A stretch of 64,000 nucleotides of DNA from a virus: the IMG/VR virus record IMGVR_UViG_3300027518_000004. One strand, written 5' to 3'. The position numbers and the translations under genes were made by a program. Shown here in pieces: positions 29,985 through 39,105 of the stretch (position 1 is its first letter; every line of letters starts with the position of its first letter). Below the pieces are notes generated by a model. That model was given only the letters and a program-made list of their open reading frames with translations, had not been told where the DNA came from and searched no databases.

Positions 29985-30059
29985 CTGCTTCGCAGATGGT
30001 TACTTCGTAACCATAATCACATTATATTATCCCGAAGGGATGTTCTCCGTAGGAGAACA
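29985..30059. other. Cluster of four triloop hairpins (candidate origin element)
   Basis: CTGC-TTC-GCAG (29985-29995), ATGGTTAC-TTC-GTAACCAT (29996-30014), ATCCC-GAA-GGGAT (30029-30041), TGTTCTCC-GTA-GGAGAACA (30041-30059). Confidence 0.8.
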
Positions 30060-30060
30060 A

Positions 30061-30441
30061 TTAGTTATTATTTAATAATTTTTCTAATTTACTTTTCATC
30101 TCTTCAACATTAGAAATATATCCTTGTTTTTTACCTAGCTTTTCTTCATAAGGATCAACATATCCATTGATATTCTTTTGAGCTATAAACTTTAAATGAT
30201 AGTTTATAATATCTTTGTCCTTACACTCACTTAAAGTTATAACATTATTTCTATTAATAATATAGAGATCATCATCTGCTGTTTTTAACCAAGGTTCAAT
30301 TTTAAAGCCATAGTCACCACTTAAAGTTTTTATTTCACTGATAATAACTGGTTCATAAAGTAGTAAGAAATCTTTTTCAGTAGAGACAATAGCGAAGATC
30401 TCTTCCCCGGTTGTTAGCTTGATTGTAGCCGGAAACTCCAT
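30061..30441 (-). CDS. Conserved cyanophage-type protein, Sm-like fold predicted
   Basis: MEFPATIKLTTGEEIFA...FKIEPWLK motif; the usual inverted gene before gp55; ATG at 30441. Confidence 0.8.
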   Translation of the reverse strand: MEFPATIKLTTGEEIFAIVSTEKDFLLLYEPVIISEIKTLSGDYGFKIEPWLKTADDDLYIINRNNVITLSECKDKDIINYHLKFIAQKNINGYVDPYEEKLGKKQGYISNVEEMKSKLEKLLNNN

Positions 30442-30464
30442 TGGTGTCAAGTCGTGTTCTGTTG

Positions 30465-30471
30465 TATTTAG
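30465..30471 (-). promoter_or_regulatory. Late promoter CTAAATA (minus strand)
   Basis: 23 nt before the ATG at 30441. Confidence 0.55.
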
Positions 30472-30474
30472 GGG

Positions 30475-30503
30475 TTGACAAGATCAGTCTAATGTGCTAA
30501 TAT
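30475..30503 (+). promoter_or_regulatory. Sigma70-like promoter for gp55-gp47-gp46
   Basis: TTGACA-17 nt-TAATAT with a TGn extended -10. Confidence 0.8.
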
Positions 30504-30528
30504 TACTAAATACCATTCAAGGAAATAA

Positions 30529-31020
30529 ATGACTATAACACAAATGCCAAAAAAGAGGAGACCATCTCATTATGTCAATAATAAACAATTTTTAGATGCA
30601 TTAGTACAATATAAATTAGACTGTAAAAAAGCCAAAGAAAATGATGAGAAGAGACCACAAATTCCCAAATATATTGGAGAATGTTTTCTTGATATCGCAA
30701 CAAGATTTGGCTATCAAGGAAATTATGCAAATTATTCCTTCAAAGAAGATTTGATTTCAGATGCAGTTGAAAATATGTCTAGGTACATATTAAATTTTGA
30801 TCCAGAAAAATCAACCAATCCTTTTGCGTATTTTACACAAATCACTTATTATGCATATTTAAGAAGAATTAAGATTGAGAAAAAGGAAACCGAAAAAAAA
30901 GCAATGATTATTGAAAGGTTAAATTTTAGTGAGGTCATGTCAGATGATGGAGAGCATATTGATAATTATTCTGATTATTCTTCTATTCGTGATAATGTTT
31001 ATTTGAGGAATCGTTTTTGA
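30529..31020 (+). CDS. gp55: Late-transcription sigma factor gp55
   Basis: HYVNNKQFL, EKSTNPFAYFTQITYYAYLRRI motifs. Confidence 0.96.
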   Translation: MTITQMPKKRRPSHYVNNKQFLDALVQYKLDCKKAKENDEKRPQIPKYIGECFLDIATRFGYQGNYANYSFKEDLISDAVENMSRYILNFDPEKSTNPFAYFTQITYYAYLRRIKIEKKETEKKAMIIERLNFSEVMSDDGEHIDNYSDYSSIRDNVYLRNRF

Positions 31021-31172
31021 TGGAGCTGCAAAGTAAAGAAAAACAAATTAAAATAAGAGAAGACAAAAGAAAAGTAATGATAGAAAAATTATTTACTAAG
31101 TTAAAATCTTCTGAAGACAGAGCACTATTATTACTACTGATCCAGTCTTATAAGGACGAGATTGATGGCTAA
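31020..31172 (+). CDS. Small hypothetical protein (50 aa), not in the ORF track
   Basis: MELQSKEKQIKIREDKRKVMIEKLFTKLKSSEDRALLLLLIQSYKDEIDG; overlaps both neighbours. Confidence 0.55.
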   Translation: MELQSKEKQIKIREDKRKVMIEKLFTKLKSSEDRALLLLLIQSYKDEIDG

Positions 31173-32196
31173 GTTAGCAATAATCACAGACACCCATTAC
31201 TGCGCTAGGAAGTCTTCTAAACTCTTCCGGGACTATTTTGAACTATTTTATAAAAATATCTTCTTTCCTACATTAGAAAAAGAAGGAATCAAAACGGTTC
31301 TTCATTTGGGTGATGCCTTTGATAATAGAAGATCCATTGATTTTGATGGTCTAGAATGGACCCAGAGAGTTGTCCTAGAACCTCTTAAGAAATATGAGGT
31401 TCATATGATTACAGGTAACCACGATATTTTTTTGCGCAACTCTAACAAGCTGAATTCTCCTTCACTCCTTCTGCAGCAATATAAAAACATCCACGTTTAT
31501 CAAGATCCAATCGAGGTTAATATAGAAGGCCTAGATATTCTCTTTATTCCCTGGATAAACACCGAGAACGAGGAAGAAGTCTATAAGGCCGTTGAAACCT
31601 CCTCTGCGCGGCTTGCAGTGGCCCATCTGGAGTTGAATGGATTCGTGGCTCATAGGGGTCATGTTATGGAAGATTCTAGAGATCCTGATCCATTTTTAAA
31701 GTTTGAAAAGGTGTTTTCTGGTCATTATCATACACGATCTGATAATGGAAAGATTTTTTATCTGGGTAATCCTTATGAGATCTACTTTAATGATGTCGAT
31801 GATACAAGAGGATTTACTATCTTTGATACTGAGACCTTAGAGCACGAACATGTAAATAATCCTTACAAGTTGCATTATCAGATTGTTTATGATGAAGATA
31901 GAATTTTTATTCCCAAAGATTTAGAAGGAAAACTCGTAAGAGTTGTTGTACGTAATAAAAAATCAGTCAGGAAGTTTGAAAAGTTTATTGAAAAAATAAA
32001 TGATCAAGGTCCATATGAAATGAAAATAGTTGAGAATTTAGAATTTTCTAATATTAGTACTATGGAAAATATCGAAAGTGAAGATACTATGAGTATTTTA
32101 CATTCCTACATTGATGAGACAGATGTTACCCTGGATAAAACCAAGGTCAAAAATATCATCAACGACATTTATAAGTCCGCATTGGATATGGTCTGA
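31165..32196 (+). CDS. gp47: Recombination endonuclease subunit gp47 (Mre11/SbcD-like)
   Basis: ITDTHY, HLGDAFDNR, GNHD, SGHYH phosphoesterase motifs. Confidence 0.95.
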   Translation: MAKLAIITDTHYCARKSSKLFRDYFELFYKNIFFPTLEKEGIKTVLHLGDAFDNRRSIDFDGLEWTQRVVLEPLKKYEVHMITGNHDIFLRNSNKLNSPSLLLQQYKNIHVYQDPIEVNIEGLDILFIPWINTENEEEVYKAVETSSARLAVAHLELNGFVAHRGHVMEDSRDPDPFLKFEKVFSGHYHTRSDNGKIFYLGNPYEIYFNDVDDTRGFTIFDTETLEHEHVNNPYKLHYQIVYDEDRIFIPKDLEGKLVRVVVRNKKSVRKFEKFIEKINDQGPYEMKIVENLEFSNISTMENIESEDTMSILHSYIDETDVTLDKTKVKNIINDIYKSALDMV

Positions 32197-32468
32197 TGTT
32201 TGTTATAACGTTAGCAAGTGAAAATGAAAAAGGAGCCTTTTCTGTTATTAATGAATTGGGAGAAAAGGTTATTCTGTTTTTTGAAGAACAGGATGATGCA
32301 GAAAGATATGTTTTAATGCTTAATGAAATGGGTATTGATGATTTGAACGTTATTGAGCACGATGAAGAGATGTTAATAAAAACCTGTAAATTAGTAGGGT
32401 TTAAATATACTAAAATTAGTAGTTATGATTTTGTAATTCCACCAGGTTATCCCGATGATCGTCTTTAA
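32196..32468 (+). CDS. DUF3110-like protein
   Basis: LFFEEQDDAERYVLML motif; conserved position between gp47 and gp46. Confidence 0.7.
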   Translation: MFVITLASENEKGAFSVINELGEKVILFFEEQDDAERYVLMLNEMGIDDLNVIEHDEEMLIKTCKLVGFKYTKISSYDFVIPPGYPDDRL

Positions 32469-34170
32469 AAAAGCCAGAGCCAAAAATTTCCTTTCGATTG
32501 GTAATAATTTTCTTGAATATGATTTGAATGTTGATAATATGACCCTCATAAGGGGTGCTAATGGCTCATCGAAATCTACTATAGCAGATATATTAACTTT
32601 TTGTTTGTTTAAAAAGGCCTATAGACAAGTAAATCTCCCGCAACTAGTTAATAATATAAACAAAAAAGATTGTGTTGCAGAACTAGAATTTCAGATTAAC
32701 AAAACTGAATGGAAAGTAAAAAGAGGTCTTGCTCCTGCTTTATTTGAAATTTATCGTAATGGTGAATTACTAGATCAGCATTCTTCCGTGATTGAACAAC
32801 AAAAATGGTTTGAGCAAAATGTTTTGAAGATGAACTTTAAGACATTTACACAGATCATTGTCCTTGGGACATCTAATTTTATTCCTTTCATGCAACTTTC
32901 ATCTGGAGACAGAAGAGAGGTGATAGAAGAACTTCTTGATATCAAGGTATTTTCTTCAATGAATTTGTTGGTTAAAGACAACATAAAGGCTATTAAAGAT
33001 AACATCAAGCTACATAGGGTCAAGGAAGTTGGTTTTGAAGAAAAAATTGAACTTCAAAAAGAATTTATTGAACAAATCAAACAAAAAGATTCTGCAAATC
33101 TCCAAGATAAACAAGAAAAGATAAAAAAATATCAATTTTTTATCACTGAGTTATTCAATCAAAATAAACAATATGAACAAGATATTGATGCTCTTAATGC
33201 TGAATTAAAACAATTCTTAAAGGCTTCTACCCAGCTAAAAAAACTAGGGTCATTAAAAGGCAAGTTATCTCAAAAGATAGAATCTTTAAAAGAAACTCAT
33301 TCATTTTTTGAACATAATGATGTTTGTCCGACATGTTCTCAAAATATTTCACTTGAAGTTAAAGAGCAAAAATTAAAAGAATCTGAAAATGATATTCAAG
33401 AAGTATCTAATGGATATTCACAATTATTACAAACAATAAAAGCCGAGGAAAAAAAAGAAAAAAAATTTTTAGAATTATCCAAACAAATTTCTGCATTGAA
33501 TCAAAAAATGTCAGAGAATCAGACAACCATGAATCAATATACTCGCTTAGTAGTAGAGCTTCAGGGTGAAATTAAATCAATGGATAATGTCAATGATTTA
33601 CAAGTAGAAAATGCTAAACTTGAATATTTTTATGAAGAGCTTCATCAAATAAAAAACGAAATCATATCAAATATAGATCAGTCACAGTACTATGAATTTG
33701 TTACTAATTTATTAAAAGATGGTGGCGTAAAAACTGTTATTATTAATAAATATCTTCCTTTAATTAATCAAAAAATTAATGATTATTTAAGGATGATGGA
33801 TTTATATGTGAACTTTACACTGGATAATGAATTTAATGAAACGATTTTAACTCCTACTTTCGAGAATTTTTCTTATGGTAATTTTTCTGAAGGACAAAAG
33901 CAACGGATTAATTTAGCCCTAACTTTTGGTTTAATGTCTGTTGCGGCAATGAAAAATTCAGTTAATACTAATTTATTAATTCTTGATGAGATTCTCGATG
34001 GATCTATGGATGCTGAAGGAATTTCTTTATTCTTAAATATCATCAGACAAGAGATGAAGGATAAGAATATCTTTATGATTTCGCATCGTGATAATTTGGA
34101 CAGTAAGTTCGATAAAATCGTGAAATTTGAGAAAAGGGGTCATTTTACGTTTAAAGAACAAATTTCATAA
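32455..34170 (+). CDS. gp46: Recombination ATPase gp46 (Rad50/SbcC-like)
   Basis: GANGSSKST Walker A, CPTC zinc hook, FSEGQ signature, LILDE, SH motifs. Confidence 0.96.
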   Translation: MIVFKKARAKNFLSIGNNFLEYDLNVDNMTLIRGANGSSKSTIADILTFCLFKKAYRQVNLPQLVNNINKKDCVAELEFQINKTEWKVKRGLAPALFEIYRNGELLDQHSSVIEQQKWFEQNVLKMNFKTFTQIIVLGTSNFIPFMQLSSGDRREVIEELLDIKVFSSMNLLVKDNIKAIKDNIKLHRVKEVGFEEKIELQKEFIEQIKQKDSANLQDKQEKIKKYQFFITELFNQNKQYEQDIDALNAELKQFLKASTQLKKLGSLKGKLSQKIESLKETHSFFEHNDVCPTCSQNISLEVKEQKLKESENDIQEVSNGYSQLLQTIKAEEKKEKKFLELSKQISALNQKMSENQTTMNQYTRLVVELQGEIKSMDNVNDLQVENAKLEYFYEELHQIKNEIISNIDQSQYYEFVTNLLKDGGVKTVIINKYLPLINQKINDYLRMMDLYVNFTLDNEFNETILTPTFENFSYGNFSEGQKQRINLALTFGLMSVAAMKNSVNTNLLILDEILDGSMDAEGISLFLNIIRQEMKDKNIFMISHRDNLDSKFDKIVKFEKRGHFTFKEQIS

Positions 34171-34173
34171 ATA
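34167..34173 (+). promoter_or_regulatory. Late promoter ATAAATA
   Basis: Includes the gp46 stop codon; drives the gene at 34198. Confidence 0.65.
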
Positions 34174-34197
34174 GTTTATAGTTTAATTAATGTACAA

Positions 34198-35058
34198 ATG
34201 AATTTCACGCTACTTTCACAGATAAACGAAGCATATCGCCATGGTGTTTATGCCGAAGAAACCCTTTCTGAAGAAGAACTAGTCAGTATTGAAGAATGGG
34301 TCGAGGCTCTTATTGAAGAGGGTTATGACCTTGATCAATACAGTGATGAAGAACTTTATGAGGCTTATTTGGTAGAAATGAATCAGCCGATTGTTCGTAC
34401 TGGAACAAGTGTTAATGCAGCGGGAGAAAAGATTGACTGGAAGCATAAACACAATCCTAATACTGGTAGATCAACTGTTACTGATAAGTTTGGTACTCGT
34501 GACGCAACTGTGAGGGGCAATAAAGACTCTGATATGAGGAATAAAAGCAAAATGAGAGAAGAACTAGACCTCTACGACATCGTTTCCGAATATCTTGTAT
34601 CAGAAGGCTTCTGTGATTCTTATGAGGACGCTGACGTAATTATGGCCAACATGTCTGAAGAGTGGAGGGAAAGCATTATGGAAGAGGTTCTTGATGAAGC
34701 AGTTAGAGGATCACAACGATCTATTGCAGATATAATTACTGGAAGTGATATCCGTAGAGTAACTAGAGGAAATAAAGATTTGTATAAAAAACCAGAATGG
34801 AAAGATAAAATAGATAATATAACAAGCCGTAAATATAGGCCATTAAGACAAGGACCTGAAAAAATTATTAATAATAGAACAGAAAGTGAAAGGCAGAAAG
34901 CTAATGCTAAATCTATTAATAGATTAAATGCTAAACCTAATCTTGCAAATGCTTCAGAGGATGATATGAATCATATTCAGCCTGAAGATAAAACAAGTTA
35001 TTATCTAGAAATTCCAACAGATTATCGAGCCCGTAGACGTAGAGCATCTGGTAGATGA
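34198..35058 (+). CDS. Acidic-module / basic-segment family protein (paralog A)
   Basis: Modules EWVEALIEEGYDL..YSDEELYEAY and DLYDIVSEYLVSEGFCDSYEDADVIMANMSEEW alternate with K/R-rich segments. Confidence 0.8.
   Translation: MNFTLLSQINEAYRHGVYAEETLSEEELVSIEEWVEALIEEGYDLDQYSDEELYEAYLVEMNQPIVRTGTSVNAAGEKIDWKHKHNPNTGRSTVTDKFGTRDATVRGNKDSDMRNKSKMREELDLYDIVSEYLVSEGFCDSYEDADVIMANMSEEWRESIMEEVLDEAVRGSQRSIADIITGSDIRRVTRGNKDLYKKPEWKDKIDNITSRKYRPLRQGPEKIINNRTESERQKANAKSINRLNAKPNLANASEDDMNHIQPEDKTSYYLEIPTDYRARRRRASGR
34219..34277 (+). repeat. Direct repeat block A, copy 1 (copy 2 at 37817-37875)
   Basis: 58 of 59 nt identical by manual alignment. Confidence 0.9.
34555..34665 (+). repeat. Direct repeat block B, copy 1 (copy 2 at 38192-38302)
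   Basis: 105 of 111 nt identical by manual alignment. Confidence 0.9.
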
Positions 35059-35417
35059 TTGAAGAAATAAACTTCCTCCTAGAAAACAACTACGCAGATT
35101 CAGAAAAAGCGGCCTCTAAAATTCTAGAGGCCGCTTCTGATGAGTTCATAGAATTCATCCAAGAAATGACTCAACAAGAGTATGATAGATTACAAGCTCA
35201 ATTAACCAGAGCATCTACACCAGAAGAAAAACAAAGAATACGAGATAGAATAGATCAAAAAATTGAACAACAAAGAAAAAAAATTCTTAGACCAAAAGTA
35301 AAACCGGTTATAAGACCATTCTTGGCAAAAACTGCAAGGCAGGCAATTAAAACAAAACCAGCAAGGGCCATAGGACGTTTCCTTAAGTACACGACTTTAG
35401 GTGCTCTTGTTCCTTAA
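35055..35417 (+). CDS. Acidic-module / basic-segment family protein (short)
   Basis: MIEEINFLLENNYADSEKAASKILEAASDEFIEFIQE followed by a basic tail. Confidence 0.75.
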   Translation: MIEEINFLLENNYADSEKAASKILEAASDEFIEFIQEMTQQEYDRLQAQLTRASTPEEKQRIRDRIDQKIEQQRKKILRPKVKPVIRPFLAKTARQAIKTKPARAIGRFLKYTTLGALVP

Positions 35418-35420
35418 GTC

Positions 35421-35449
35421 TTGACAAAATTCAAAAACCGTGCTAAGAT
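35421..35449 (+). promoter_or_regulatory. Sigma70-like promoter for the clamp / clamp-loader operon
   Basis: TTGACA-17 nt-TAAGAT with TGn. Confidence 0.8.
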
Positions 35450-35450
35450 T

Positions 35451-35481
35451 CTGGTTCTCTTCCAGCGAGAGCCAGTTTTTT
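35451..35481 (+). terminator. Rho-independent terminator overlapping the start site of that promoter
   Basis: CTGGTTCTC-7 nt-GAGAGCCAG-TTTTTT. Confidence 0.75.
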
Positions 35482-35497
35482 AATAACTAATAAAATT

Positions 35498-35800
35498 ATG
35501 GAATCAAATCATTTTTGGAAATTTAATGAAGGTGAAATTTTAAAGGAAGTAGAAGATTACCTTATTTCAACCTATCGAGGTCACTATGCGTCAAATGATA
35601 GTAAAGTACAGACGATTGATCTCATTGATGCAATAGGAGATTCAGAATCCTTTTGTAGAAGTAATGCTATCAAATATCTTTCACGTTTTCGTAAAAAAGA
35701 ACAAACAACGCCAAAAGCAGATTTGCTAAAGGCTATTCATTATTGTATTCTTCTATATCATTTTTCTGGTTCTGATTTTAAGAACACCTATACTTTTTGA
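35498..35800 (+). CDS. DUF3310 / SaV-like protein
   Basis: TYRGHY...FCRSNAIKYLSR..KK....DLLKAIHY motif. Confidence 0.75.
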   Translation: MESNHFWKFNEGEILKEVEDYLISTYRGHYASNDSKVQTIDLIDAIGDSESFCRSNAIKYLSRFRKKEQTTPKADLLKAIHYCILLYHFSGSDFKNTYTF

Positions 35801-35805
35801 TCAAA

Positions 35806-36480
35806 ATGGAACTCTCTGCTGATACTCTGTCTATTCTAAAAAACTTTTCTACTATTAATCAATCCATTTATGTGAAGCCAGGTAATTCTCTTAGAACAAT
35901 CAAAGTCTCTAGGAATGTATTAGCCGAGGCTACTATTACAGAAAAGTTTGAATCCGAATTTGCTATTTATAATCTGAATCAATTTCTTAATAGTGTTAAT
36001 CTTTTAGGAAGTCCTGATCTAGATTTTTCACATGAAAAATATATGATCTTGACAGAAGGAAAACGAAAAATTAAGTATTTTTACGCTGACTCATCAATTA
36101 TTGTATCTCCTCCAGATAAAAAGATGAATCTACCATCTCAGGATGTTTGTTTTATTTTGGATCAAACCTCTTTAGATAAAATTATTAAGGCCAAACAAAT
36201 ATTTGGTTTAGATGATCTATCTGTTGTTGGAAATGGAGAAATTATTGAACTTATCGTTCAGGATAAAAAGAATGATACCTCAAATGAGTATTCAATTGAG
36301 GTGGGCACCACAACTGAAAAGTTTTGTATGAATTTTAAAATTGAAAATCTTCAATTTTTTCCTGGCGGCTATGAAGTTGTTCTTTCTAGAAAGAATATTG
36401 CTAAATTTTCACATCAAAAAATGTCTCTTGTGTATTGGGTAGCAATGGAGCCAGATTCTAAATTTGAAACCAATGAATGA
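35806..36480 (+). CDS. gp45: Sliding clamp gp45
   Basis: MELSADTLSILKNFSTINQSI, FAIYNLNQFL motifs; ATG at 35806. Confidence 0.95.
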   Translation: MELSADTLSILKNFSTINQSIYVKPGNSLRTIKVSRNVLAEATITEKFESEFAIYNLNQFLNSVNLLGSPDLDFSHEKYMILTEGKRKIKYFYADSSIIVSPPDKKMNLPSQDVCFILDQTSLDKIIKAKQIFGLDDLSVVGNGEIIELIVQDKKNDTSNEYSIEVGTTTEKFCMNFKIENLQFFPGGYEVVLSRKNIAKFSHQKMSLVYWVAMEPDSKFETNE

Positions 36481-37405
36481 TTTTCTTTTTGTTGAACGGT
36501 ACGCATCAAAAAATGTATCCGAATGTATTCTTCCAAAAGAGATAAAAAAAGTTTTTCTTGAGATTGAAGCATCAGGTAACGTACCAAATATGATTCTTGC
36601 TGGTCCTCCGGGAGTAGGTAAGACAAATCTAGTCAAGGCTCTGGCAAATAGTCTAGATCGAGACTTTATGATTATCAATGGTTCAGATGAAAGATCTATT
36701 GACGTTATTCGTAATAAAGTAAAAAATTACGCCTCAACTGTATCGCTCTCTTCAACTGGGAAAAAAATTCTGCTTATTGATGAAGGTGATAATTTAACTA
36801 ATGATTCACAGCTTGCATTAAGAGCAGCTATTGAGGAATTACAACATAATTGTTCTTTTATTTTTACTTGTAACTACAAAAATAGGATAGATCCGGCATT
36901 ACAATCAAGATGCCCAGTTATCGATTTCACAATACCATCTAAAGAAAGACCATCATTAGCGAAACAATTTAATGATAGAATTCTACATATTTTAGAACAA
37001 GAAAAAATCGAATGTGAAGACCAAAAAATTCTTACTAAATTACTAATTAAATATTTCCCTGATTTTAGAAGAATACTTAATGTTTTACAAAAATATTCAA
37101 ATTCAGGTGTAATTGATTCTTCAATCTTAGCACAGACTTCTGATGTTAAGATTTCTACTCTTTATGATCACTTAAAACAGAAGAATTTTACAGAGGTAAG
37201 AAAATGGGTTATTAATAATTTAGACAATGATCCAAATGTTATTTTGAGAAAGTTTTATGATGGACTTGAAGAAGTCATGGTAAAACATTCTATTCCTCAG
37301 GCTATTTTAATTATTCATGATCACATGAGTAAAAATGTTGTAGATAATGAAATTAATTTGATTGCCTGTTTTATTAAGATTATGGTTGAGTGCGAGTGGA
37401 ATTAA
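36473..37405 (+). CDS. gp44: Clamp loader large subunit gp44
   Basis: GPPGVGKT Walker A, LIDEGD, ALQSRC, FPDFRR motifs; ATG at 36473. Confidence 0.95.
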   Translation: MNDFLFVERYASKNVSECILPKEIKKVFLEIEASGNVPNMILAGPPGVGKTNLVKALANSLDRDFMIINGSDERSIDVIRNKVKNYASTVSLSSTGKKILLIDEGDNLTNDSQLALRAAIEELQHNCSFIFTCNYKNRIDPALQSRCPVIDFTIPSKERPSLAKQFNDRILHILEQEKIECEDQKILTKLLIKYFPDFRRILNVLQKYSNSGVIDSSILAQTSDVKISTLYDHLKQKNFTEVRKWVINNLDNDPNVILRKFYDGLEEVMVKHSIPQAILIIHDHMSKNVVDNEINLIACFIKIMVECEWN

Positions 37406-37770
37406 AAGATTGGTTAGAATCAATTTACTTTTCTAAAAAAGATGTTTTAAAGGATATTGATAATCCAAATCAATATCCAGCATTTGTTATTAATAGGATA
37501 CTTTCTGGTAATATTGATACTGTTCTTTTTGCTAGTGAATTAAACGAAAGATTTACTATGGATAAAGATATGCAGTATAAATTTCTTCTTTATGGGGTTC
37601 CAAAGAGAAAAAGATTTTCTAATTATTTGAAGAAAAATACTTTAGATGATCTTGATATTGTTAAGCAGTACTATGGTTATAGTACCGAAAAAGCATTAGA
37701 AGCACTAAAGTTATTATCTAAAGAGCAAATTAATTATATTAAAGAGAAGTTAAAACTTGGTGGAATCTAA
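37396..37770 (+). CDS. gp62: Clamp loader small subunit gp62
   Basis: ELKDWLESI, YPAFVINR, VKQYYGYSTEKA motifs; GTG at 37396. Confidence 0.92.
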   Translation: MELKDWLESIYFSKKDVLKDIDNPNQYPAFVINRILSGNIDTVLFASELNERFTMDKDMQYKFLLYGVPKRKRFSNYLKKNTLDDLDIVKQYYGYSTEKALEALKLLSKEQINYIKEKLKLGGI

Positions 37771-37773
37771 ATA
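37767..37773 (+). promoter_or_regulatory. Late promoter CTAAATA
   Basis: Includes the gp62 stop codon; drives the gene at 37796. Confidence 0.65.
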
Positions 37774-37795
37774 GTTAATAATTTACTATTTAAAA

Positions 37796-38607
37796 ATGGA
37801 TTCTAACATTTTAATGCAGATAAACGAAGCATATCGCCATGGTGTTTATGCCGAAAAAACCCTTTCTGAAGAAGAGTATCTAGATATTCAAGAATGGGTT
37901 GAGGCCCTGATTGAAGAAGGATATAATTTGGACGATTATAGTGACGAAGAGCTTTATGAGGCTTATTTATGTGAACTTAATAAAGCAGAGCAAAAGCTAG
38001 GAATGTCTTCATGGCAAGCAGAAATTGGAAGAAATAAAAGATATAAAAATGATCATCTTAGGCAATCCGAAAGAAAACCAGATTCTTATTTTTATGATAA
38101 AAGAAATTTGACTCCTGACCCATCTAGTGGAGAGACGATTTCTTGGCATGATAGTATGTCTACAGCAAGAAGATTACGTAGAAAACTTAACAGAGAAGAA
38201 CTAGACCTCTACGACATCGTTTCCGAGTATCTTGTATCAGAAGGTTTCTGTGATTCTTATAAGGACGCTGATGTTATTATGGCCAATATGTCTGAAGAGT
38301 GGCGAGGTGGAATCTTAGATGAAGTAACTGGTAGGGGTATATAGAACCCGTTACTGGTAGACATACTAGGTTTCATCCTGCTATCAGAACACAAAAACCA
38401 GGTTCTCTTGCAATGGGATTGATGGGTAGAAATCCTTATGATAAAAATAGAACGAAGGCTAAATATGTTCAATCATTGCCATCTACACCGGAAAATCAGA
38501 GAAGACTCAGAAACCTTAATACGGGTGGACGAGTTATGATGGATAGATATAGAACCACTCAGAATGCCGCACATGATGCTCGCCATAAAGAAAAATATGG
38601 TCAATAA
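37796..38607 (+). CDS. Acidic-module / basic-segment family protein (paralog B), interrupted by a -1 frame change at about 38335-38341
   Basis: Frame 1 (37796-38344) ends EVTGRGI-stop. The -1 frame is open from 38335 to 38607 (GYIEPVTGRHTRF...KYGQ). Confidence 0.7.
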
Positions 38608-38619
38608 AAACATCAAATA

Positions 38620-38626
38620 CTAAATA
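38620..38626 (+). promoter_or_regulatory. Late promoter CTAAATA (regA)
   Basis: Intergenic, 29 nt before the ATG. Confidence 0.55.
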
Positions 38627-38655
38627 CTTTATAATTCATTATCTTTGAGGAATTT

Positions 38656-39105
38656 ATGGCTAATTATGAAATGGATGGTCAATATGTAAAGTGGACCCCA
38701 GAACTAATGGTAGAAGTTGAGCTGGAAACTCCAGACTCTTTTTTACTTGCAAAAGAGACCCTTACAAGAATTGGGGTAGCATCACGATATAAAAAAGAAT
38801 TGTATCAAACTGCCCATGTCCTTTACAAAGGAGGAAAGTATTATATTATTCATTATAAGTTTGGGTTTTGTCTTGATTCTCGTAATGCAACAATTACACC
38901 AAATGATCTAGAAAGGCTTCATACTATTGCACATCTTTTAGAGCAGTGGGGTTTAGTTAAGATTAAAAATCCAGAGCAAGTAGAAGATAGGGCTCCTTTG
39001 AATCAGATAAAAATTATTGCCTTTAAGGATAAGACTGAATGGAATCTTGTAGAAAAATATTCACTAGGCAATAAGAAGAAAGAGCCCTCTACGGAAGTTC
39101 GGTAA
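38656..39105 (+). CDS. regA: Translational repressor RegA (divergent)
   Basis: PDSFLLAKETLTRIGVASR, LLEQWGLV motifs; position after gp62. Confidence 0.9.
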   Translation: MANYEMDGQYVKWTPELMVEVELETPDSFLLAKETLTRIGVASRYKKELYQTAHVLYKGGKYYIIHYKFGFCLDSRNATITPNDLERLHTIAHLLEQWGLVKIKNPEQVEDRAPLNQIKIIAFKDKTEWNLVEKYSLGNKKKEPSTEVR

